64,000 nucleotides of DNA from contig CBDCVR010000015.1 in NCBI GenBank assembly GCA_965223155.1, positions 1,088,001-1,152,000 on the forward strand, given 5' to 3'. Shown one piece after another: positions 31,362 through 41,135 of the stretch. The position numbers were made by a program, and so were the translations under genes. A model generated the notes under the pieces. That model searched no databases and was not told the origin of the DNA. It saw only the letters and a list, made by a program, of their open reading frames with translations. Position 1 is the stretch's first letter. Every line of letters starts with the position of its first letter. This DNA comes from Candidatus Multivoradales bacterium. Lineage in GTDB: Bacteria; Acidobacteriota; Thermoanaerobaculia; Multivoradales; JAHEKO01.

Positions 31362-34223
31362 TCAGAAGCGACCGCGCTCCGGCGGCCGCCGCTCGAGGTT
31401 AAAGCGCAGCACGATCGGGTCGTGATCGGCGGCCCGCTCGCCGTCCGGGAAGTCGGCGTTGCAATGCACGACGTCGATCTCGGCGACGCCCTCGGCGGCA
31501 AGACCGGCGCTCACCAGGACATTGTCCAGAACCTGCGAGTTGCCGCGAAAGATGAAGGTATACCGCTCTTCGGCCGGGACGCGGAGCATCAGATTCTCGA
31601 GATCCGGTCCGGCCAGGACGGCGAGCGGTGGCCGGTAGGGGTGCTCGTTGAAATCGCCGAGGACGATGACGTGGGCATCGGGGTCGAGTGCCAGAAGCCG
31701 GTCCAGGAAGCCGCGGATGACATGGGCTTCGCCCGCGCGCAGGGTCTCGGTGATCCGGCCCGGAGGCTGCTCGGAGCCGAAGAGCGGCGCGTCGCCGCGC
31801 TTCGAGCGCATGTGCAGGTTGACCAGGAAGATGCGCTCGCCGGCGAACTCCACCTCGACCGCCAGCGGCTTGCGTACGCCGGTGAACGTGCCGGCGGGAT
31901 CGGGGCCGAAGGCCGGGTTCGCTGGATCGATGCGGCTCGGGTTGGGCGACAGGAAGGTCCCGCGCTCGTCCTCGAGCCACTCGCCCGCCGTCGTGGCATC
32001 CGGGCGTCCCCGTCGCGGAAGGCCGATCCGGTCGGGCCGGTAGAGGTAGGCCACGCGGATATTGGACCCGGGCCGGCCGCCGTCGGCTAAGTCCACCGGG
32101 TCGATCTGAGCCGCCTCGTAGACGGGTCCGCCGGCCCGGGCGATGGCTTCGATGAGACGCCCCAGCGTATGCGCGGCCGACACCGTGCCGTCATTGTCGG
32201 GACCGGTGTCGTCCTGAATCTCTTGCAGGGCAAGAACGTCGGGAGCGTCCAGGTTGGCGACGATGGTCTCGGCGACCCGGAGGATCTTCTCGGCTCCGCT
32301 CCGGGGGCTCAGGTTCTCGACGTTGTACGAGGCCACCGTGAGAACGCGGGGACCGGCTCCGAGGGTGGTGCGCTCGGGCGGGGTTGCCGCCGGCCGGTGG
32401 GCGGGGAGCTCTTCGGCCAAGACTCGAAAGGTACCGAAGGCGTAGGTCAGAACCCCGACGATCGGTTCTTCGAAACGATCGCCGACCGTGAGCCGCGGCC
32501 CCTGGGCACCGTCCCGGGTCGTCACCAGCAGGCGCTCGGCGTTGACGCTTGCCGCCTCCAGCAGCAGCCCTCCGGCTCGGGAGCGCCCGCCAGTTGCGGC
32601 CCCGCCGTCGGCCAGAACAGCGATCTCGCCAAAGCGAGTCGTCGGTCCGACCACCACCGCGTCCGGAATCGCCACCCGCATGCCCTCGAGACTCTCCAGG
32701 AAGTCGATCGCGTCGAGCTCGGGCTCGAAACGCTCCAAGCCGTCATCGTCGATCGCCGCCGCGGGAATCGGCCGGCCGGTCCGGCCCAGGACGATCGGTT
32801 CCGGCAGTGGCTCGCGTTCTTCGTTCGAAGCGCGCCGGACGTACGCGCCGCCGAGCCCTGTGACCGAGAGTCCCAGCGGAAAGCTCGTCTCGGTGACCCG
32901 ACCGCTGACAACCACGCGCTCGCCCGGCTCGAGCTCGGGCCCCGGTGGACTCACGGCCGGCTCCACGAACAGAGCGTCGCTGGTTGCGGGGTCGCCGTCA
33001 CCCGCCGACTGGATCCAGAAGCCGGAGCCGCTGGGAGCGCGGGCTGTGACCGTTCCCGTGACTCCGAGCAACCAGGATCCTTCCCGGCCGCTGCGATGGC
33101 CGGCTCCCTGGATCCCCGCGACCGCATGTGGCTGGGCATCGAGGGCGAAGACCAGAATCTGGGTCCGCTGGAATTCGCTGAAGTTGTTGTCCGAAACCAG
33201 GACCAGGGTCCGCCGTCCATCGGCGAGCCGCGGACCGAAGGTCAGCCCTTCCAGGTTATCGAGAGGAATGCCGAAAGCGCCCAGCGGAACCAGAAGCGTC
33301 TTGCGGACCGGGCGGTAGCGTCCCTTTTTCAGGCGCTTACGGCCGGCGACGTCGGTGGCGCCGGCGAGAGCGACGTCGTAGATCCGGATGTCGTTGCCGA
33401 CGCCGGCGGTGTACGAGCGCTCGAGGGCCAGCAGCCGGTCTGGTCCAGTGCTCAAGAGCTCGACCAGGCCATTGGTGCGAAACCCGTCGGGCTCGGGCGG
33501 CGCCGCCACCACTGGATCCACCTCGTAGGCGAAGGCGGCCTCCAGCCGCCCCCTCGGGTCGTAGCGCAGAATCCGGACCGTCGAACCGACGCCGACGTCG
33601 GTTTCCGGCCCGTCTTGCATCAGAGCATTCTCGGTGGCGGTCAGGATGCCGCCCGCCGGTTCGAGCGCCAGGCCTTCGAAGCCCAGGTTGTGGCGCACGC
33701 CCCGGGCTCGCCACCGCTTGGGATGCGTTCGCCGGGGTAGCGGAAGGTCCCGAATCCAAGCTCCGGCGCGCGAGTATTCCCGCACGAAGGGCGCGATGCC
33801 TTCCCGGATCTGCCCCTCGGACGAGATGAAGAGTGTGTCGCGGCCGGTGTGCCGGATGCCCTCGGCGTCGAGGGTGCCGGCGCGAAACGGCTTCCCGTCC
33901 CGGTCTAGAAGCTCGGTCATGGCTTCGATTCGGACGTCGTCCGCATCCACGCGGCCGCGGGTCAGGTCGATCCGGAGGGTCAGATAGCGAGCCGGACCCA
34001 ACGTGGCGGGATCATCCGACACCGCGTAGTAGAGGTCGCGGCCCCCGTCGTAGGTGAGGCCCGAGAGCCCGCCCACCGGTACGTCCTCGAAGCGCAGGCT
34101 CGACGGCAGATCGACGTGGCCGAGAAGCTCGAGCCCGGTGATGGCGTTAGCCGACGCCGAGGCCGGGACGGCGAGCAGCACGAACGCGGCCAGCAGGCCG
34201 GCGAGCCTCGGCAGGAAAGCCAT
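31362..34223 (-). CDS. Secreted fusion: esterase-like activity of phytase domain + ExeM-like endonuclease/exonuclease/phosphatase domain
   Basis: GGLSG, DAEGI, N.GFEGL, DNLEG, VSDNNF; then FLESLEGM, SYNVEN, LQEIQD, GDFN, DHDP. Confidence 0.8.
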   Translation of the reverse strand: MAFLPRLAGLLAAFVLLAVPASASANAITGLELLGHVDLPSSLRFEDVPVGGLSGLTYDGGRDLYYAVSDDPATLGPARYLTLRIDLTRGRVDADDVRIEAMTELLDRDGKPFRAGTLDAEGIRHTGRDTLFISSEGQIREGIAPFVREYSRAGAWIRDLPLPRRTHPKRWRARGVRHNLGFEGLALEPAGGILTATENALMQDGPETDVGVGSTVRILRYDPRGRLEAAFAYEVDPVVAAPPEPDGFRTNGLVELLSTGPDRLLALERSYTAGVGNDIRIYDVALAGATDVAGRKRLKKGRYRPVRKTLLVPLGAFGIPLDNLEGLTFGPRLADGRRTLVLVSDNNFSEFQRTQILVFALDAQPHAVAGIQGAGHRSGREGSWLLGVTGTVTARAPSGSGFWIQSAGDGDPATSDALFVEPAVSPPGPELEPGERVVVSGRVTETSFPLGLSVTGLGGAYVRRASNEEREPLPEPIVLGRTGRPIPAAAIDDDGLERFEPELDAIDFLESLEGMRVAIPDAVVVGPTTRFGEIAVLADGGAATGGRSRAGGLLLEAASVNAERLLVTTRDGAQGPRLTVGDRFEEPIVGVLTYAFGTFRVLAEELPAHRPAATPPERTTLGAGPRVLTVASYNVENLSPRSGAEKILRVAETIVANLDAPDVLALQEIQDDTGPDNDGTVSAAHTLGRLIEAIARAGGPVYEAAQIDPVDLADGGRPGSNIRVAYLYRPDRIGLPRRGRPDATTAGEWLEDERGTFLSPNPSRIDPANPAFGPDPAGTFTGVRKPLAVEVEFAGERIFLVNLHMRSKRGDAPLFGSEQPPGRITETLRAGEAHVIRGFLDRLLALDPDAHVIVLGDFNEHPYRPPLAVLAGPDLENLMLRVPAEERYTFIFRGNSQVLDNVLVSAGLAAEGVAEIDVVHCNADFPDGERAADHDPIVLRFNLERRPPERGRF

Positions 34224-34357
34224 GGGGGGGGATCGTAGCACCGGGTCCCTACGGTCCGGACGTCCAGCGGAGATCGCCCGATCGGCTCTGGCCTGGCTCT
34301 GATCGGTCCGGGGTTCCGGCCCGGCCGCCATGGATCCCGTTGATAGCATTCGTGCCA

Positions 34358-34882
34358 GTGAAGGACTCCTTGCAGGATTCGGCGGCCGCGCATCGGGAGG
34401 CGGCCGGAGAGCCCAGCGCCCGTTGTGCCGTCGTGACCGTGAGTGACAGCCGGACGACGGAAGACGACCCGGGCGGGGATCTTCTCGCGAGCCGGCTCGA
34501 GCAAGGCGGCCACCGGGTCGTGGCCCGCACGTGGGTGCGGGACGAACCCATCGAGCTCGGCCGCGTCCTGACCGAGTGGACGTCCCGCGACGACGTCGAG
34601 GTGATCCTGACTACCGGCGGCACGGGAATCTCCCGCCGGGATACATCGGTCGAGGTCCTCGAGCGGTTTCTGGACCAGCGTCTGGACGGTTTCGGGGAGC
34701 TCTTTCGAATGCTGAGCTACGAGGAGGTCGGCTCGGCCGCCATGCTCAGCCGGGCTGTGGCGGGTTTGGTCCGAGGCTGCTTCGTCTTTGCGCTACCGGG
34801 CTCGGTGGCGGCGGTGACTCTGGCGCTCGACAAGCTGATCTTGCCCGAGCTGCCGCATCTCCTCTGGGAGCGGAGCCGCTAG
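34358..34882 (+). CDS. moaB: MoaB/Mog molybdopterin adenylyltransferase family
   Basis: VTVSDSR, TTGGTGIS.RD, GFGELFR, AMLSRA, LPGS; start uncertain. Confidence 0.88.
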   Translation: MKDSLQDSAAAHREAAGEPSARCAVVTVSDSRTTEDDPGGDLLASRLEQGGHRVVARTWVRDEPIELGRVLTEWTSRDDVEVILTTGGTGISRRDTSVEVLERFLDQRLDGFGELFRMLSYEEVGSAAMLSRAVAGLVRGCFVFALPGSVAAVTLALDKLILPELPHLLWERSR

Positions 34883-34892
34883 CGGCCCGCCG

Positions 34893-37800
34893 CTAGAAGC
34901 CGTCCGCCGGCGCCGAGGCGCCGGTGGGTGCAGCCGCCTCGATCGAGTCGATCGAGTCGATCGAATCGATCGCAGCGGGCGCTTGCTCGTCCTCGGTCTG
35001 GAGGCCGCGCCAGAGAGGCACCGAGCTCGCGGCGTAAAACGCCTCGAGGTCCGCTTGCGCCTGCCGCGCGCGAGGATGGCCGAGCGCCTCGTAGCACTCG
35101 TAGCGGGATCGGAGGAACGGCTCGCTCCAGGCTGGCAACGGCTCGAACTCGGCCAGGGCTTCGGCGCAGCGGCTCCGCTCTTCGGAGCGCAGCGCCAGGT
35201 TGAGGCGGGTGGTGGCGCGCTGGTGATCCAGCAAGCGCATCGAGAACGGCTGACTCAGGGCTTCCAGAATCACTGGAGTCGGATCGGGAAGATCGGGCGC
35301 TTGCGCGGCGGCTTCGAGGAGTTTCCAGACCAGAAACAGTCCCCGGGTGACGAGCTGGGGCTCCGGCCAGGGGTTCGTCCGGTAGGTCTCGACGGCCTCT
35401 AGCCAGGCGCTCAGAGCGAGGGTGGCCTCGTTGCGCGCCAGATGCCAGCGCGCACGCGCGAAGCCGGCCTCGACCGGCCGGGTCTCGGCGAGGCGTTGCG
35501 CGAGCTCTGGAAACTCCGGGTCGGCCGCGGTTGCCGCGCTGTCGGCCACTGCGAGGAGGTCCCGGGGATGCCGGGGCGGGCTGGTCTGCTCGCGCCATAG
35601 GTCCAGAGCCTCTCCGTAGGCCTCACGGCCGTGCGCGTCACGGGCACGGTGCCGCGCCTGGCGCTCCGGATCCTCGGAAGCCAGGGCTTCGACCGGCCGG
35701 CCGTGTAGGACGAGATCGCGGACTTCGCGGGCGTCCTCGACATCGTCCCAGTCGAAAGAGACCGCGGCGGGGCGGTTCTGGCCACGGGCGGTGGCGATCT
35801 GGCGTAGCTGCTGGACGGAAAAATCGCTGGGCTGGCCGACGGAGCGAGCGAAGCCGAACTCGATCACCGGGTGGTCGTCGGTGTTGATGGCGGCCAGGTC
35901 CAGCGCGCCGACGTCCCGCGAGAACTCGGCGTTGGCCAAGAACCCCGAATAGAGGCCATCCACGCCCCGGACACCCCAGACGAGATCGAGGGCTTTGCGG
36001 TACGGCTCGTGCCGCAGCACTTCGGCTAGCGCCGGACGCGAGTGGTCGATGGCGCGGTTCGACGCGATCAAGAGGAGATCGCTACGGTGTACCTGCCAGG
36101 TCTCGACGTGCTCGAAGACTGAGCTCAAAGTGGCATAGGCGGTGCGGATGACCTGGGCATCGACCTCGTAGGCCTGCAGCCACTGCACGAATAGGCCCTT
36201 TTCGGTCAGGCGCTCGCGCACGGCCTCGTAGAACTCCTGGGTGAAGAGGCTCGAGACCCCGGCCCGGTACGGGTTTGACGGCTCCGAGAAGACGACGTCG
36301 TAGGAGGACTTGACCGTCAACAAGTGCTCGCGCGCGTCGGCGATGACGACTTCTACCTTGGGATTCTCGAGCACCTTCTCATTGACCGGGGCGCAGTCTT
36401 CGGCGACCCGCAGGATCGCCGGTTCCAGCTCGACCACTTCAACCGACTCGACCGTCGGCACTCGGGCCATCCAGCCCGCGGTCGAGCCCGTGCCCAAACC
36501 GATGACCAGGGTGCTCTTGGGCTCGGGATGAAGCGCGGTGGCCACCAGGCCGCTCATCACTTGAGTCGGCGCATCGCTCCGGGAATGGCCGTCCACCTTG
36601 CCGTTGACGACGAAGGCGTAGCCTTCACCCTGAACCAAGGCGACGCTGCTCTCGCGTCCGTCCGCCTCCCAGGCCACGTTGCGCTGGAAGCCCAGGCGCA
36701 TGTCCTCGAGATCGTTCGGGCTTCGGATCGGAACCTTCAGCCGGCCCGCGCCGATTCCGGAGTGACGCCAGAAGGCGGTGGGTCCGTCCGCCGTGGTCAG
36801 AGCGAACGCGGCCAGCGCCAAGGCGCCGATCCCATAGAGTGCCGGCCGGCGATGCCGCATCTCGTAGGCCAGAAAGGCGGTGGCGATCAGACCCAGGAGC
36901 CAGATCGACAGCTTCCAGGTGGCTGGTGCTCCCAAGGCGGGCAGGATCAAGAAGCCGCCGGCGATCGAGCCCAAGATGGCGCCGAAGGTGTTCCAGGCGT
37001 AGGTACGGCCGACCTGGCTGGCGATCTCGTCGCGACCGCTGCCCAAGAGGGCAATCAAGAGCGGGAACTGGTAGCCGGCCAGAACCGCCGCCGGAAAGAT
37101 GACGCAGACCGACACGGCCGTCCAGCCCAGGGTGAGGGCGCCAAAGCCCGCCACCGACAGGTCGCGTAGCTGGAGGGCAAGAAAGGCGATGCGGTCGCCG
37201 GCGGCGAACGGGATCGCGACCGCCAGGGCTTCGAGGCTGCAAGTCGCCGCGAACTCGGCCGGGGTGGGTCGGCGTCCCTGAGCGGCCAGGCCATACAGGA
37301 AGCCGCCCAGCCCGATGCCCGCCAGGGCCACGGCGAGGACGACGCCGAAGGTATAGGTCGATCCTCCCAAGATCGGTGCCATCATCCGGTACCAGACGAG
37401 CTCGAGCTGGAAGAAGACGAACCCCACGCCCGCGGCGGCGGCCAGGACCAGATAGTAGAGCGACCTCGAGGACTCGGAACTCGCGGCCACCGGTGTTCCG
37501 TCTCGATCGGTTGTCGCCACGGCTCCGGCCGAGGCCATCCGCCGAGCTTCCGCGCGCGCCGCCACCGCGATCAGGAGATTGAGCGCCGCCGCCAGCCAGA
37601 TCGATTGGCGGATGCCCAGGAGCTCGATGAGATAGAAGGTCGTGATCCAGGCGCCGGCGACGGCGCCCAGGGTGTTGACCGCATAGAGCAGCCCGACGGT
37701 ATGGCGGCCGACGTCCCGTTCGCTGGTGGCCGCGCGCACGGTGGCCGGCAGCGTGCCGCCCATGAGAAACGTCGGCAGTCCCAGAACGATCGTGGCCAGC

Positions 37801-38150
37801 ACCAGACGCAGCGCCGTGCCGCCCAGCGAGCCGAGGGTCGCTGTGCCGCCCAAGGCGACGTACGAGGCCCGCACGCCGGCGATCAAGAAGACGCTGGCGG
37901 CAGCGGCGATCGAGATTCCGATCTCCAGGCGGGCGTAGAAGTCGAGTGGGTTTCCGACCCGCTGGCTACGCCGGCCGAGCCACAGGCCGCCGGCGCCCAG
38001 GCCGGCCATGAAGATCGCGAGCACCGTTGCCGAGGCGGCAGTCGAACCGCCAAAGACCAGTCGCAACAACCGGAGCCAGGCAATCTGGTAGACCAGAGCG
38101 CAGAAACCCGAGCCGAAGAGAAACAGTCCGATACGGGCGGTGGCGGTCAC
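34893..38150 (-). CDS. Fused MFS-like membrane domain / spermidine synthase-like SAM domain with helical C-terminal extension
   Basis: SGFCALVYQ..W, LYAVNTLGA, NGKVDG, IGLGTGST, VELEP, DAR, SEPSNP, LFTQEFY. Confidence 0.85.
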   Translation of the reverse strand: MTATARIGLFLFGSGFCALVYQIAWLRLLRLVFGGSTAASATVLAIFMAGLGAGGLWLGRRSQRVGNPLDFYARLEIGISIAAAASVFLIAGVRASYVALGGTATLGSLGGTALRLVLATIVLGLPTFLMGGTLPATVRAATSERDVGRHTVGLLYAVNTLGAVAGAWITTFYLIELLGIRQSIWLAAALNLLIAVAARAEARRMASAGAVATTDRDGTPVAASSESSRSLYYLVLAAAAGVGFVFFQLELVWYRMMAPILGGSTYTFGVVLAVALAGIGLGGFLYGLAAQGRRPTPAEFAATCSLEALAVAIPFAAGDRIAFLALQLRDLSVAGFGALTLGWTAVSVCVIFPAAVLAGYQFPLLIALLGSGRDEIASQVGRTYAWNTFGAILGSIAGGFLILPALGAPATWKLSIWLLGLIATAFLAYEMRHRRPALYGIGALALAAFALTTADGPTAFWRHSGIGAGRLKVPIRSPNDLEDMRLGFQRNVAWEADGRESSVALVQGEGYAFVVNGKVDGHSRSDAPTQVMSGLVATALHPEPKSTLVIGLGTGSTAGWMARVPTVESVEVVELEPAILRVAEDCAPVNEKVLENPKVEVVIADAREHLLTVKSSYDVVFSEPSNPYRAGVSSLFTQEFYEAVRERLTEKGLFVQWLQAYEVDAQVIRTAYATLSSVFEHVETWQVHRSDLLLIASNRAIDHSRPALAEVLRHEPYRKALDLVWGVRGVDGLYSGFLANAEFSRDVGALDLAAINTDDHPVIEFGFARSVGQPSDFSVQQLRQIATARGQNRPAAVSFDWDDVEDAREVRDLVLHGRPVEALASEDPERQARHRARDAHGREAYGEALDLWREQTSPPRHPRDLLAVADSAATAADPEFPELAQRLAETRPVEAGFARARWHLARNEATLALSAWLEAVETYRTNPWPEPQLVTRGLFLVWKLLEAAAQAPDLPDPTPVILEALSQPFSMRLLDHQRATTRLNLALRSEERSRCAEALAEFEPLPAWSEPFLRSRYECYEALGHPRARQAQADLEAFYAASSVPLWRGLQTEDEQAPAAIDSIDSIDSIEAAAPTGASAPADGF

Positions 38151-38311
38151 AGGTCGATGGGTTCTCCGGAACCGGACCCGTAGTGCGGAACCGGCTTCGT
38201 GGGGTGGGAGCCCGTACAATACAAGCCGGGCCCGAAAACTCGAAACAGGACGGCAGGTCGCCGGTGTTCGACTCGACGGTCGGCGCCGGCGGGGAAGCCG
38301 TACCCGTCACC

Positions 38312-39904
38312 ATGGACTGCGACCTTGTCATCGTCGGCGCCGGCAGCGCCGGTTGCGTGCTCGCCGGTCGGCTGAGCGCCGATCCCCACCTGCGGGTCGT
38401 CTTGGTCGAGGCTGGCGGGCCGCCGAAGAGGATGGAAATCGGGATTCCGGCCGCCTTCCCGAAGCTCTTTCGAACCGAGGTGGATTGGGCCTACGAGACC
38501 GAGCCGCAGGCGGGCTTGGGTGGTCGCCGGCTGTTCTGGCCCCGCGGCAAGATGCTGGGTGGCTCGTCGTCGATGAACGCGATGATCTACATCCGCGGCC
38601 ACCGGCGGATCTTCGACGGCTGGGCCGAAACCGGCGCGGACGGCTGGAGCTTCGAGGAGGTACTACCTGTGTTTCTTCGCTCCGAGAACTTCAGGCCGCT
38701 ACGAGCCGGCGGCGCCCGCGACCCGTTCCACGCCCGCGGCGGGCCGGTTCAGGTCGCCGAGCAGGTGGATCCGAATCCCCTGTCCCGGGCGTTCGTCGAA
38801 GCGGCGGTGGCCGCCGGCCACGAGCGCAACGACGACTTCAACGGGCCGCGCCAAGCGGGCATGGGCCTCTACCACGTCACCCAGCAGCGGGGACGGCGTT
38901 GGAGCGCCTTCGACGCCTTCTTGCGGCCTGCCCGCAAGCGCCCCAACCTCACGATTCTCGCGAACACGCTGGCGACTCGAGTCCTCTTCGAGGGAAGCCG
39001 AGCCGTGGGCCTCGAGATCGCGCGCGCGGGAGGGCGCGAGACTGTGCGGGCCGGCCAGGTCGTTCTGGCCGGCGGCGCCGTCAACTCGCCTCAGCTCCTG
39101 ATGCTCTCAGGCGTGGGCCCGGCCGAGAACCTCCGGCGGGCCGGGCTGGACGTGGTTCACGACCTGCCGGGGGTCGGCCGGAACCTCCAGGACCATCCGA
39201 TCGCCCCTCTGGTCTTCGACTGCACCCAACCGGTCAGCCTGGCCAACGCCGAGTCCCTGGCCGCCCTGGCGCGGTATCTCCTCGTTCGGCGTGGCGGGTT
39301 GACCTCCAACATCGGAGAAGCGGGCGGCTTCGTTCGCGTCCTGGCGGCGGCCGACGACCCTCCCGATCTCCAGTTTCATTTCGCGCCGTCCTACTTCGTC
39401 AATCATGGGTTCGAGAACCCCGAGGGGCACGGATTCTCAATCGCGGTCACCCTGGTGGCGCCTCGGAGCCGCGGCCGCGTGCGGCTCGCCAGCGCGAAGC
39501 CGACCGCGGCGCCCGCCATCGACCCGGCCTACCTGACCGAGCCCGAGGACGTCGAGATCCTGGTGCGCGGACTGGAACTGGGCCGCGAGATCCTGGCGGA
39601 AGCGCCGCTTGCTCCCTACCGGGGCGCGGAGCGCTTTCCGGGCGCCGCCACCGTTCGGCGCTCCGAGCTCGAGGCATACCTGCGAGGCAATCTCGAAACC
39701 CTGTACCATCCGGTTGGCACCTGCAAGATGGGCAGCGACGCGATGGCGGTGGTGGATCCTTCCTGCCGGGTGCGCGGCCTCGACCGGCTTTGGGTCGCCG
39801 ACGCTTCGATCATGCCCACGATCCCGAACGGCAACACCCACGCATCCACCATGATGATCGCCGAGAAAGCCGCCGCCGGGCTGGTCGGAGAGCCGGGACT
39901 CTAG
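38312..39904 (+). CDS. GMC oxidoreductase (choline dehydrogenase-like)
   Basis: GAGSAG, PRGKMLGGSSSMNAM, SPQLLMLSGVG, NLQDH, YHPVGTC, GNT. Confidence 0.92.
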   Translation: MDCDLVIVGAGSAGCVLAGRLSADPHLRVVLVEAGGPPKRMEIGIPAAFPKLFRTEVDWAYETEPQAGLGGRRLFWPRGKMLGGSSSMNAMIYIRGHRRIFDGWAETGADGWSFEEVLPVFLRSENFRPLRAGGARDPFHARGGPVQVAEQVDPNPLSRAFVEAAVAAGHERNDDFNGPRQAGMGLYHVTQQRGRRWSAFDAFLRPARKRPNLTILANTLATRVLFEGSRAVGLEIARAGGRETVRAGQVVLAGGAVNSPQLLMLSGVGPAENLRRAGLDVVHDLPGVGRNLQDHPIAPLVFDCTQPVSLANAESLAALARYLLVRRGGLTSNIGEAGGFVRVLAAADDPPDLQFHFAPSYFVNHGFENPEGHGFSIAVTLVAPRSRGRVRLASAKPTAAPAIDPAYLTEPEDVEILVRGLELGREILAEAPLAPYRGAERFPGAATVRRSELEAYLRGNLETLYHPVGTCKMGSDAMAVVDPSCRVRGLDRLWVADASIMPTIPNGNTHASTMMIAEKAAAGLVGEPGL

Positions 39905-39926
39905 CCACGAGGGCTTGAACGACGGT

Positions 39927-40937
39927 TCAGCCGTCGCCGAGGTGTTCGGCGAAGAATTCGAGCGTCCGGCTCCAGGCGAGCTCGGCCGCGTCCGAGTCGT
40001 AGCGCTGCCCGCTGGGATTGGCAAAGGCGTGATCGGCGCCGTCGTAGACGTGGATGGTCGCATCTTTGCCGAGCGCGGCCAGGGCGCGCTCGAATTCTTC
40101 GACGCCCTCGAGCGGGATGCCGCGGTCGAGGGATCCGAAGTGTCCCAGGACCGGAGCCGTCAGGGGCTCGAGCTCTTCGGCGCTCGAGGTGACGCGGCCG
40201 TAGTAGATGACGGCAGCGTCGAGGCCGGAGCCCAAGTGAAGCGCCGTCCGGAGCGACCAGCCGCCGCCGAAGCACCAGCCGACCGATCCGATCCGGGAGA
40301 CTCCCGCCTTCTCGCGCAGGAAAGTGGCCGCTTGGCGTAGGTTCTCCTCCAGGCGTTCGGTGCGCTCCAAGGTGCCTCGCATGAGACCCATGGCGCCGTC
40401 CCGGTCGGTTGCCGACTCGCCTTCGTAAAGGTCCACCGCCAGGGCCGTGTAGCCTTCGCCCGCGAAACGCTCGGTCATGGCCCGGACGTTGTCGTTGAGT
40501 CCCCACCACTCGTGGATGACGAGGAGGCCTGCTTTGCCAGCTCCGCCAACCTCGGCGGCTCCGGCGGTATCGGAGGTCCGGGGCCGAGCCAGATAGCCCC
40601 GGATCACGGTGCCGTCGAGCCGGGCATAAGTGACTTCATCGGTCGCGATCGAGCGCGCCGGCTCGGGTTCGGTCGCCGGCGTGGCCGCGGGCTCCTCGCC
40701 TTCGTGCTCGCGGGCCATGGCCTCAACGTGCGCGGTCTCGGCGTCTGCCGGGGCGTTGGCCTGGGCGTTGGCGTTGGCGGCGTCTACGGCCGGCGCCGGG
40801 TCCGGCTCGGTCGAGGTGGCGCAGGCCAGGCTCGCGATAGCGACCAGCAGCGCCGGCAACCAACGGGCGGTCCGGACACCGAGCTGAGCTCGAGCCCAGA
40901 AACCGGAGCGGACGGAAGGGGGCGGCTGTGCGGTCAT
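39927..40937 (-). CDS. Dienelactone hydrolase family lipoprotein
   Basis: HEWWGLN, GWCFGG, HAFANPSG. Confidence 0.9.
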   Translation of the reverse strand: MTAQPPPSVRSGFWARAQLGVRTARWLPALLVAIASLACATSTEPDPAPAVDAANANAQANAPADAETAHVEAMAREHEGEEPAATPATEPEPARSIATDEVTYARLDGTVIRGYLARPRTSDTAGAAEVGGAGKAGLLVIHEWWGLNDNVRAMTERFAGEGYTALAVDLYEGESATDRDGAMGLMRGTLERTERLEENLRQAATFLREKAGVSRIGSVGWCFGGGWSLRTALHLGSGLDAAVIYYGRVTSSAEELEPLTAPVLGHFGSLDRGIPLEGVEEFERALAALGKDATIHVYDGADHAFANPSGQRYDSDAAELAWSRTLEFFAEHLGDG

Positions 40938-41135
40938 GGAGAACTCCTCGAAGAAGCGGCCGCAGGGGCAACTTGGCGTTACGGCACGGACGGCGAGGCC
41001 GAAATGCTAGCACCGCCCCCGGGGATGAATCCGCCATCCCGCTCAGAACTCGATCGCTCGATCTTGCGTAGTAGGGTTCAGAGCCCGGCGGTTCCGCCGG
41101 GGTCTCTTCAAGACAACAGCTCAGGAGGATCTTTT

